From positions 81,842,001 to 81,906,000 of the forward strand of contig NC_058368.1 in NCBI RefSeq assembly GCF_018350175.1: a stretch of DNA of 64,000 bases. The letters run 5' to 3'. Shown here in pieces: positions 51,280 to 61,800 of this stretch. Under the pieces are notes generated by a model that saw nothing but the letters and a program-made list of their open reading frames with translations, did no database searches and was not told where the DNA came from. The stretch comes from Felis catus. Taxonomy: Eukaryota. A program made the translations under genes and the position numbers. Position 1 is the first letter of the stretch; every line of letters begins with the position of its first letter.

Positions 51280-51690
51280 AGAAAGCACCATTTATGCTAT
51301 AGTTTAAGGAGAGAGTAAAGGTTTGGTGGAAATTGAGAGAGAGGAGGGAGGAGAGATCTATAAATGACTGGCTCAGCTGGCTGTGGGGCTGGAAACTCTG
51401 AAATCTGCAGGTGCAGGTGTGGGCTGGCCACCAGGGAAGAGCTGGCGTTGTGGGTCGTGTCCCAAGTCTTCCCTCTTCCTCAGGGCAACCCGTCCTTGTC
51501 CGTAAAGCCTTCACCTGATTTAACGAGGCCCACCCACAGCAGGGAGACCGATCTGCCTTACTCGGTCTGCTGACTTACATGTTAATCACATCTGTGAAAT
51601 ACCCTCAAAAAGAGATCCAGCCTGGTGTTTGAACCAACATCGGGGCACCAAGTCCTGGCCAACTGACACATAAACAGCACCCGTCACAGA
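51280..51690. mobile_element. MLT2-type (ERVL) LTR relic
   Basis: gccttcacctgatt...gaggcccacccac...atctgccttactc...tgttaatcacatct...aactgacacataaa motif series. Confidence 0.65.
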
Positions 51691-51879
51691 GGTCAGCGGA
51701 CTCCACCTAAGCAGCACTCGGTCTGGGCATGGGCACCAGCCAGAGGCGTTTCAGGGGACAGGGTGGAGGCCTCAGGGCTCAAGAAAGAAACTGTGTGTGA
51801 GTGGAGATGTCCCGCCCTGATGGGCAGGGAGTCAGCGAGAGCAGGGGGCAGGCATCTGCCTTGTCCTCTTTCGCAGCGG

Positions 51880-52020
51880 CTCTCAGCTTGTGGACCAGCA
51901 GCCTCATCGTCACCTGGGGTCCTGTTGGAAATGCCCATCGCCCCCGCTCCTGACCTACCGGGTGTGGTGGGGTCAACCAGCCCTCCAGGCTTCTACGGGA
52001 CCTCAAGTTTGAGCACTGCA
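51880..52020. mobile_element. MER5-like hAT MITE relic
   Basis: gtggaccagcagcc...tcacctggg...tgttggaaatgc...aagtttgagcactg. Confidence 0.5.
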
Positions 52021-52267
52021 GTGCCCAAAAGGGGTTAAACCCTGTGAGGGAGGAGGTGGAGACGCCTCTGAGGAGGGATGTGACCCCCAGATGTGCAGTG
52101 CAGGTGTGAGAGAGTGTGGCCAGGGAGAAACGTGTGCGGGTCAAGGACAAGTGTGGGGGTTGTTGCCTTTGGGGCAGTGGGATGGGCGCCGCCCTCTGCA
52201 CTGGGCAGGGCAGGGCAGGGCAGGGCCTGCCTTGGACATTTCAGGATCTGCCCTGAAGTCAGGCAGG

Positions 52268-52380
52268 TATGTGATGGGGGTCAAAGGGGTGTGTGATGGG
52301 GGGCGAAGGGGAGTGTGAGGTGGGGCAGGTGTGTGATGGGGGGCGAAGGGGTGTGTGATGGGGGGTGAAGGGGAGTGTGT
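52268..52380. repeat. Short tandem repeat gtgtgatggggggcgaagggg, about 4-5 copies
   Basis: Direct inspection. Confidence 0.8.
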
Positions 52381-52934
52381 CTGGCACAGCTTCGGGCAGG
52401 ACAGCCCAGGACCAGGGCCCACAAGGGAAAGAAAGGCTCGCTGCCTGCTCTTCGGGACACCTTGCTGCCCCCGCCCTCACTGGTGGCAGGTGGCTCCGAT
52501 GTAAACAAGAAAAGCAAAGCACAAGGGCAGCATCCTTCATCCCGCTCGGCAGCACTTTCCAGATGTCTCTTGCCCCCCAGGCCCACGACCTCTCCCAGAG
52601 CAAGTGCTGGGTCACCTCCAACCATTTGCCCCTGGGACCCAGCTTGGAGCCTGACCGTGTGACCGAGTGTTGACAGGAGCCACGGCCGGAGCCTCAGCGG
52701 CTCCTCGCTGGAACATACCAAACCAGTCACGCAAACGGGCGCTTCTTCCTGAAACCCCGCTTCTGTAGGGAGGGGCGCGCCACCTGGCATGCCAACCACA
52801 GAGGGCTGGCAGACCCCGCGCGAGGAGAGGGTTAGCCCACACCCCTGTTCCCTCGCAGCCGCAGCCGCCCACACGGCGACTCCGATATGCAGGGCGCTGA
52901 GGTGTAAAATGCACGCAGTGGCTTGGTGCCAAGC

Positions 52935-53163
52935 ATGGCGAGGTTGGAAGGCCTGTGCGAGCTGCCGCGCGCCTCCCTCCCGGCGCCCTGCGTCCTCAGA
53001 CCGGCGGCGCGACTTGGGGGGCGGCTGTTCCACCCTGGCCACCCGCGGACACATCGTGGACCCAGGGACCCGGGGTGGCTGGGAGGCATGCGGCGGCGCG
53101 GGGAGCTCGGGGAGCACGCGCTGGGCTGCTGCGGCCTCTGCACCTGCCCCAGGGCAGCCGGAG
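52935..53163 (+). CDS. MCF2L: Candidate alternative first coding exon of MCF2L (MARLEGLCELPR...ALGCCGLCTCPRAAG, 76 aa, phase 1)
   Basis: Strong Kozak agcATGg, open frame of 229 nt to the donor gag|gtaaag, same phase 1 as the two recognised first exons, inside the CpG island. Confidence 0.5.
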
Positions 53164-53363
53164 GTAAAGTGGGGGAAGCAGGTTCCCGGTGACGCCCTGG
53201 CGGCCACTTCACCTTCTGCTCGCCCCGGCAGCTCCTCCTTCCTCTCGGGGGAAGGAGCAGAGACCCAGGGCTGCGAGGGATGGGGGCGGGCTGCGTCTTT
53301 GCGCGGGGAGCACACGCGGTACTGTGGGGGGTGCCGCCAGGTATCCGTAGGGGGTCCACACAT

Positions 53364-53588
53364 GGGTTCCAGGTGGCCGCGGGGGTGCACACGCAGGGCT
53401 CCCAGGTGGCCGCGGGGGCGCACACGCAGGGCTCCCAGGTGGCCGCGGAGGCGCACACGCAAGGCTCCCAGGTGACCGCGGGGCGCACACGCAGGGCTCC
53501 CAGGTGGCCGCGGGGGCGCACACGCGGGGCTCCCAGGTGAAGGCGGGGGCGCACACGCAGGGCTCCCTGGTGGCCGTGGGGACACGCG
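53364..53588. repeat. 33-bp GC-rich VNTR, about 6.7 copies
   Basis: Unit gggctcccaggtggccgcgggggcgcacacgca, with copies starting near 53364, 53396, 53429, 53462, 53494, 53527 and 53560. Confidence 0.93.
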
Positions 53589-53761
53589 AGGCAAGCGCAC
53601 CGCTTCCGCTTCCGCCCCGCAGCCCCCCTGCCGCAGGGCGCGCCCCCTTGGCGGGGCTCGGGGACCAATCCCGGGAAGGGAGGCGCGGCCGTGCCCCCTC
53701 CCCATCGCACGACCCCACCCATAAGGCGCCTTCTGCAGCAGAGGGTCACTGGTGTTGGAGG

Positions 53762-53840
53762 ATGAGGTTTTGGCTGCGAAATGAAGAGATGGCTCTGGAA
53801 GAAATGGTGCGGAGGCTCGATGCGGTTTCCAAGCACACTG
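53762..53840 (+). CDS. MCF2L: MCF2L alternative first coding exon (MRFWLRNEEMALEEMVRRLDAVSKHT)
   Basis: Near-identical to the recalled human isoform N-terminus MRFWLRTEEMALEEMVQRLNAVSKHT. 79 coding nt (phase 1), donor ctg|gtagga. Confidence 0.95.
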
Positions 53841-56800
53841 GTAGGAGGAGCTGCTGAATCCTGTGTTCTTAAGCCTGACATCATGCGCCTGAGTTTTGCA
53901 TGACAGCCTTCGTTTTCTTCCCCAGCAGCGAGAACAGGAAGGGGCAGAGGTGCTGGGCATCTTGCTGGCGGCTGCTAGGTTTCCGTGGACAGGCAGCGTG
54001 ATTTGGTTCCGCCCGGGGGAGTGAGCATATAGCTGCAGGTTGCAGATCCGGGTTCGTACCCTCGTCTGAGATCTGCTTCTTCAGCCCGGGTGGCAGCTGC
54101 CTTTCGAGAAAGCATATGTATCTGTGGGTTGAAAATAATCTGAGCCAAGGGCTTCCAGAGCAGGGCGTAGGCATGGTGAGGCTATCAGAAGCTTGTTTTT
54201 AGGAGGAAAAATCTGGATTAACGGGATGCTTCTTTTCCTCACCAAATATAATTTACAGCTGAGACAAGCGCTTGGGAATGGTGTAGGAAAGGGTAGAGGA
54301 CGGCATGTGTGGGCTTCCGTTGCCTGTATTGATTAGGAGGTTACTTAAGACGAGCTTTGAGGACCCGTTCGAATGGATCTCTTTAGGGTTAGAAAACGCT
54401 GAGCTGGCAGTGTCTCAGTCAGTCACCTCCGAGTTTCGATGCCGCACTGTGCAGGAAGAGAGCGGTCTGCGTTAACTAGTTTCCTTGAATGAAGAGGAAA
54501 TAATCGTGTGTCGTTAAAAGTAAGTTGCCACATTTTTGCCTGATATCGCCCAAACGTTACGTTGTGTATCATTCCTTCATTGTCTAAATGGTGCCTTTCT
54601 GGGAGATTAGATTTTGTCACTTAAGTGGTTTAGGGGTGGTATCCTTCCTCTCTGTCACAAGTGGGAGACCTCACTGGGTTTGGAGGGCAAAGTAGTGATT
54701 GAATCAGCATACATGTCATTGTGTGCGGTGGTCTAGCCTCGATTTTTGGAGACATTCAGTTTTTAATGGTGATTTTGTGATTAAAGCTACTAGACTTACC
54801 GGATATGGGTCAAAAGAAAAGGAAGCCGTTGTGTGCCATCTGGCCCCTCGTTCCTAGGGAGATGGCTCCCCTTTTCTGGAACTCGGTTGCGTTTTGCTTG
54901 GGTGCGGGGTCTGGGCTGTGTCCTGAGGTGAAGGGCGCTGGGTCAGAGACTCACGGAGCGCCCCTCCCGCCCTGCGGGGGAGGGGGGGGGACGGCTCCTC
55001 AGGCCCTCCCCTCCCCTCCACTCAGGCCCTGCAGTGAGGACAGGAGCGGTGGGAAGACTTCCCAGAGTGACGTCATGCCCTGGGTTCTCGGGGACGGAGG
55101 TTTCATCTCCAGCTCGGAAGACGCGTGTGCATTTTGAATTGTGAAAAGGCTCTCTGAGGAGCAGGCAGGACCCCGGCCGCTTCCCGAATTGTGCTGTGAG
55201 CCAGGCTCTATTTGACCCCCTCAGCAGCAAGTCACAGATGTGTGTCCTTTGTCACATCCGTGCTGCCAACAGCCGCAGATTTCAGATCTCTTTTCAATCC
55301 AGGTCAACAGTCGGCTTCACGAGGATGTAGTGTTTTCAGCAGGGGGAGAGGATGGCGTCCCTGCCTGTGTCCCGTTAATGCTGTCGGCTCCCTCTGCACA
55401 AACTCATTTTCCATCAGGCTGCGAGCGAGGCTCCGCTGAACGCAGGCTGTGTGATGCGGTGCGGGTGTGTGTCCCGAGGCATTGACGCAGCGCTGTCGAC
55501 CCACCTTGGGGCACACGCACAGCTCCACTCACGGGGATGGGAATATAGGTCGATGTCGACCTGCTCGCCAGCCCAGGTCCTCAGAGGAGCTCCCCATCTG
55601 TGACAGAACAGGGTCAGGTGATCTTAGTGGCAGACGTGGGCAGGATGTCGGTCTGTGCACTGACCCGGTGCCTTGGGGCTGGGGGCCTGAGCCCTGGGGA
55701 GCAGGTCAGAGCTGAGTGCACTCAGCGACCTTTCAAAGGCTCCGTGTCTGTTTCCCTCTGCGGCTCCGCCCCGAACTGACAAGCATGTTCCTTTGTCCTT
55801 CCCCTGACTTCCCATGGTGCTGGCATCATCTAGGTTAGCCTGCGTGGGAGGGAGGGTGCGCATGCTGGCATGTGGGCTGTGAACCTGTGTCTGTTGTCCG
55901 TGGACTCTTGAACCCAATATCCCATCACAAGGCCAGGAGCGGCTTCCAGCGGCAGGAGCGCCCTGCTCTGTGAGGCCCCCTCGCCAGCATGTTCATCTCG
56001 CTTAGAGTCTCAGTAACCGTGACAAAGCCAGAAGCAGGAGGGAGAGACACTGACGGACCTGTAGTCGGCCTGTGCGTGTGCAGAAAGTGGAAGAACAGAG
56101 GTCTCTGGCCGGGCCCCCGAGGCCGCCCGAGCTAATGCTCACAGCCTCTGGCTCCCACCCCACACCCCTGATTCGGGAAGTCTGTGGCAGACCCTGAGAA
56201 TCTGTGCTTTTCATTCTCGGGTGATGCCAGTGGTGTTGGGCCAGGAGCGGCTGCAGAGAGGAATCGGGGTCGAGTGCCCCCTTCTCCACTCCCTGACCTT
56301 GAGCAAAATACTAGTTCTTGTCATGGGTGCACAATGACAACGGTGGGTGGGTGGGTGGATGAGGATGGGTGGAGGGATAAATGGACAAGGTTGCACAGCA
56401 GACAGTGAAGGTAAAGATACAAGTGCTGTCATATTTCAAAGTTGAATGGCCCCCGGTGAGCACCAGAAAGTCCTGGTTGAGCACTGCACCTGCCCCTCTC
56501 CCCTGGGCCCTCTGTCTCTGGCCCCCGCGTCTCCCTCCCCACCACTGTCCTGTCCCTTGTCCTGCACGGAGCTCCACTGGTCAAGGAGCCAAATGTCAAC
56601 TCATATCTCAGCTAGGAACTCAGCCGTGCTGGGGGCGGAGTGGGTGTATCACCCAGCAGCACACATTCATCGGGGTTCATCCTTCTGAGACCCTGGCCCA
56701 CAGCGGCGTCCCCCACGTGCTCGGTCAGTTCAAGCAGAGGGCCTCTGGAGAGCTCTCAAGTAGGAATGAACATAGTTTTGTGACACACCTGATCTGGCAA

Positions 56801-56861
56801 ACGTAGAAGCTTCTGGAAAGTAAGAGAACAAAGAGTGGCAAGTCCAAATATATGGAAAGTG

Positions 56862-57050
56862 CCCCGTCCCCCCGTCAGTCCTGGAGGAGGACCCCACCCC
56901 CGTCCCCGTGATCAGTCCACGGGAGAAGACCCCACCCCCGTCCCCCAGTCAGTCCAGGAGGAGGACCCCACCCCCGTCCCCCAGTCAGTCCAGGGGGAGG
57001 ACCCCACCCCCGTCCCCCAGTCAGCCCTGGATGAGGACCCCACACCCCCA
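56862..57050. repeat. 36-bp minisatellite, about 5 copies
   Basis: Unit gaccccacccccgtcccccagtcagtccaggaggag, which produces the EDPTPVPQSVQ repeat ORF. Confidence 0.9.
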
Positions 57051-57478
57051 TCAGCCTTGTAGTAGTTGGTGACTGTCACAGGCCCAGTAACCATAAAAGG
57101 ATGCCTCACCAGGGTCTCATCCTGGGGAAGTTGCAATTTTTCTTGATTACTTTGGAGAAAAATTTTAGAGACAAAGAGGTGTGAGGGAAGGGGTGGGTTC
57201 CAGGTGATGACACCTGCTTCTCTCTGCTTCAGGGGGTGGGGGTGGGAAACTCTTAAAATTCACTTCCCTCTTTCTTGTTAGGTATGCTTTTCTAGTTTTG
57301 ATGTTTGCTTGGTATGAATATGTAAATAGACCAAATATGGGCAGTTAATGAGTCACAGAAATCACGTACTCTTCTACAGAACGTAACATTTGAAAAAAAA
57401 TTTTTTTAAATATTGTTTTTAACGAAAAGGAGAATTGTGTCTTACCACATAAAATCAACACATAGTTGTGAGGGGTTT

Positions 57479-57510
<32 letters not shown>

Positions 57511-58499
57511 TATCTCTTTAGTTTTTGTCCTCTGCCTAATACAGAGCTAGTGCTTGTAGCGTGTTTCAATCCGGACAGCCAGTCTGAGGTTTGGCCGTTA
57601 GGCCCATTCTATAGGTATGGAAACTGAGGTCCAGCTAGATTGCAGGACTGGTCAGTGGCAGATCTGGTAGTTGACATTCTCTGTTCTGCCCAAACCCCGA
57701 AATACCCATCATGCCACAAAGCCACAGAGTCTCCAAGTTGTGTCAAGCTTGTGAAAAGCTGCCCTGGAGGCCACACCGAGGTGAGTGGTTTACCCAGCAG
57801 ATCCCGGCTGGCCTGTCCCATCTGCGAGCCTGCGGGCGCTCCCCTACCCCGCCGCTGCCGCTCCTGGGCTGTCCTGGAGGGCCCTCTGTTTGCTGCCCCC
57901 CTCTCCGTGGGTCACGCCCGGATCCGAGGCTGGGAATGAGCCCTGCCTTGCCTCTCCTCTGTAGCTGCTACTTGGTGGGCAGCAGTTCCCCGGGTGGGCA
58001 TCACCCCGGGGCTGTGTCACCAGAATGCTTTTGGAAGCCAGACCCAGGTGCTGCAGTCCCCGAGAATCCTCCAGGTAGAAGGCTGAGGGTTTGGTCCCCC
58101 GACGCTGCTGATGGCACATCTATGTCCCAAGGGACCTTGAGCCAATGTGAATTGTCTGAACAAAGCCAGCCTGTGACAAGACAGCAACACCCCCCAGATC
58201 TCAGAGAGAAGCTCTGTCCTGCAACTCCTTAGCTGGCTTCCCTCTGCACAAAATTATACAGAGGTGGCGTCTGCTTGGGTCAATATGCAAAAGTAGGTAG
58301 TTAACCCAGAAATGCTGAAACATACCCTAAGAATTTGGAGAGTGTAATATTTAGTTTGGGAAGAGCCTTCTGTGCACAATGAGGCTATTTGTGTTTGCAC
58401 CGTGGGGTCTGGAAGCCCTTGGTGTGTGGGGCTGGAATGGCCGGGGGGCGGGGGGAGCCAGTGGAGGCGGGGGGCAGGGAGCGGGGGTCTGGGCCCCTG

Positions 58500-58840
58500 C
58501 ATTAGGCAGCCCGGCCGCTGTAGGGAAACAGATGTGCATTTCTCAGGGTGGAGGCTGGAGGTCTGAGGCCAAGGTTCCGCAGGGCTGGTCTGTCCTCAGG
58601 CCTCTTTTCTTGGCGTGTGGATGGCAGTCTTCTCCCGGTGTCCTCACGTGGTCGTCTTTCTGCGTGACTGGGTCTGATCTCTTCTTACACGGACCCCGGT
58701 CATATGGAGTAGGGCCACCCGGCGACCTCATTTTATCTTAATTATATCTTTAAAGTCCCCGTGTCCAAGCAAAGTCACATTCTGAGGTCCTGGGGTGGAA
58801 CTTCAACACACAGAATTGAGGGGCCCACTGTTCAGCCCCG
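58500..58840. mobile_element. MaLR (MLT1A-type) LTR relic
   Basis: ggaggctggaggtctgaggccaagg...tcctcacgtgg...gtcacattctgaggtcctggg...cttcaacac. Confidence 0.7.
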
Positions 58841-61800
58841 TGTAAAGCCGGCCCACGGCTCCAACCCTGGCTCAGACTCTGGGAAATCAGAGCCTCTGAG
58901 ACACACAAGCAGGGCTCATCCAGAGGCTTGTGGGGAACGTGGACTTACTGTGTGACTGGGGGCCACTGCTGGCCCAGGAGAGGGCGGATGGCCACTGGGG
59001 CCTGGGTGGCGCTCAGCGTGGGCAGTGGGGTCTTGCACATGTCTGAAAGTGGGGCTGACTGAGTCGGATGTGGCCATGAGAGGAAAGGACGAGCCAGTGT
59101 GGCCCACCTGCCATCACTTATGTCCTCCGGGCCACCGACCCTCCTTGGGAAGGTAGTGTGTGACTGTGACGGGGCTTAGTGGGGCAGCGGGCTGGGAGAA
59201 GTTTCCCAGGATGTCCTCAGAGCAGAGTGGCCTGACGCCCCCCCCATGCACCTGTTGGAGGAAAGACTCCCTCCAGGGAGACCCAGCTGGGTGCAGGGTG
59301 GGCGCATCCCTGCACAGAACGCTGTATGTAGGGGCTTTCGACACGGTGGCCGGAGCGTCCCTGCAGCACTGAGGTCTGTCCAGCATGGTTATGCCCCCCC
59401 ATGCCGTGCAGGCGTCTGCCTCGGTCATGAAGCCTCAGGAGTTGTTTCTTCAGATCCACTTTTAAGGTGTGTTGAGGCATTTTGGGAAGAACACCATGGA
59501 GGCAGGTTAGATGGATGTTGGAGGACGTGTGAAATGCGATGGAACGTAGTGCAGATTTGTGGTGGGTGGGTGTGGCTGTTGTCAACCGTTGACAAAGGGC
59601 ATCCGCAGGAAGTTCCTGGGCTCCCACAGCAGGGATTCAGGAGTGGGTCTTAGGGATTCGAAAGAGAAGCCCTGGAGATGAAACCAGAGGTCTTTTCTCT
59701 TGGAGTCGCATGCCTGAGGTGTTGCTGATTTCCTGCCAACAGGGTTCTCAGGCTGCAGTCTCCAAGCAGGCATTGCCCAGGTGTTAGAAATGCAGGTCCC
59801 CGGGCCCACCCCGGCCAAGTGAGTCTGTGCCCGACCAGGTGCAGCTCAGTGGGGAGGTGGAAGCATCTGACCCCCTCAGTGGACTCCAGAGACAGAAGCG
59901 GATGGAAAACCAGGGGCTCCTTACACCTGTGCGGCCCGCTTGCCCGTCAGCTGACTCGGGGCCCCTCTGGGGCCGCTCCTGTGAGCTGCGCCCACGTCCC
60001 CACTATGCCTCCTGCCCATGGCTCCTCTGTCGTGTCTGTGGCTCACTCAAGTCCTGTGTGACCTCTCGTCCACGTGCCGCAGAAACAAGTGTTGTGTGGA
60101 TGCAGGAACCGTGGCAGGTGGAGGAGACACCCAAGCATCGGATATCTGTGAATACCTCCCTGAGTTTCGAAAAGAGAATGTGTGATTGAAAAACTATAAA
60201 TTGGTACCTGGACCTTCATGAACAAAGTGACTGAATGAATTGAGAGCTCACGGGGGAAAGCATCCTTGCTGGCCGCCCACACACATACACTAACTTCATC
60301 ACAAACGATGTCCATGAAAGTCAGAGGGACTCAGACTTCGTGTCTGGGGCAACTGCTGCCCCTCCAGCCTGGGTCCAGAGGGAGGCCCGTGGAACAAAGC
60401 CAACCCCATAGAGCTGAGTGGGGTGGCACTGAATCGGGGGTGCATTGTTACCCAGCATTAGCGTGGCACTTGCTGACTAATACAGATGGTGTGGTCTGAA
60501 CCAGCAGCCACCTGGTGGGAGATTGCAGTGCTCTCTCTGGCCATCGCTGGAAAGCAGAAGACCCAGCAGGAACACAGCCATGCCCTTCGAGTGTGCGTGC
60601 CCACCATGTGGCAGGACTGGAGCTGTTGTCTTGGCCTCTGGGTGGTGGGGCTGAGAGCCGGGGAATTGATGAGAAATTACAGAATGCAGATCTCGACTGA
60701 AAAGGAACATTTATCCCAAGGACGCCTCATGGGCGCAGCCCTGGGCTGATTGGTGAGAGCCTGTGGACGGGGCAAGCTGGAGACCTGAGGTGGCCCCAGC
60801 AGCTCTCAGATCCAGGGGCTTTAAAGTTGCTTCCCCTGCTCGAAATACTTTGCAAACGTCTCGGAGGTGTCCACGTTCAGTGAACACAGTTACAAGAAAG
60901 GAAGGTCAGCTGTTTGGAGACACTGCAAGTGTGGCTGAAAGGGTGGGTGTCGAGTACCCTTTAAAGCATGAAGGGGACCCAGGAGGCAATTCTGAAGGAT
61001 GCTCTGAGCATCGGAAGAGGACCAACCAGTCATATCCATGCTTCTGCACTTGTCCACTAGTTGTCCCTTTGTTCAAGCAAAGCAGATGATAGACAGGAAG
61101 CTGGCTCCACGTAAGTGTGTTTGTGGGGGCGGTTCCAGGTCCAGACACTCCACCTGCTTCCTGTCATCGGGCACCCTTCTTGGCCTGTGTCCAGCATCTC
61201 TAGGTGACGGTCACACTGCTGCCGTCCTCCGTCCTCTGGGAAGCAGTTCCTGGGAGCAGCCAGCTCTCCAGGCCATGCAGCCCCCTTGCAGCATTTCATT
61301 GTGTGCTGTTCATGTGGTTTGCCGACTGCTTCACAGGTCGGCTCCGACCCCAACTATGTCAGGGGCTCCCGCAGAGTAATGGCCATGCTCCAGACTCCTG
61401 TGAACCTCCCCGAGGGGCCCCCACAGTGCCCAGCCTACAGAGGCCACTCAGGGTGGGGGTGGCTTCAGTCTGTGCTTAGGTCTCAGGTTTGCTGTGGCTT
61501 CTGTGGACAGCTGGCCTCCTGGGGGCGCAAGTGGGTGATCCTATATTCTCCACGCTGCACCAGGCACATACTCCTGGGGAGAGAACCTTCATGTGGGTGG
61601 TCCGCACCAGCCAAGTAAGAGGGTTCCCTCCAGCGTCACTCTCAAGGGCTAGTAAATGTAACAAGACATGACCTGAGAGACCCTTCTGTTGTCACAACCA
61701 GTGACAATTCAGAAATTGCAGTGAAGGGTTTCTGACCTCAACTGCTTGTCGAGAGGGTACCGTGGCCGAAAAACACGTTTTCACTAGAGAAGAGTAGTTC

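Larger units (their letters stand above)
52670..53830 (+). promoter_or_regulatory. MCF2L: Second (internal) CpG-island promoter region of MCF2L
   Basis: Dense CpG and GC boxes, a CCAAT near 53665, directly upstream of the MRFWL exon. Confidence 0.8.

Noticed and set aside
52281..53960. 559-aa minus-strand ORF and the overlapping 350-aa ORF
   Set aside because: Stop-poor CpG island plus a 33-bp (multiple of 3) VNTR. Low-complexity product, antisense to a real MCF2L exon.
53364..57050. 33-bp and 36-bp repeat arrays as possible CRISPR arrays
   Set aside because: Head-to-tail tandem units with no unique spacers, no cas genes, and a mammalian context.
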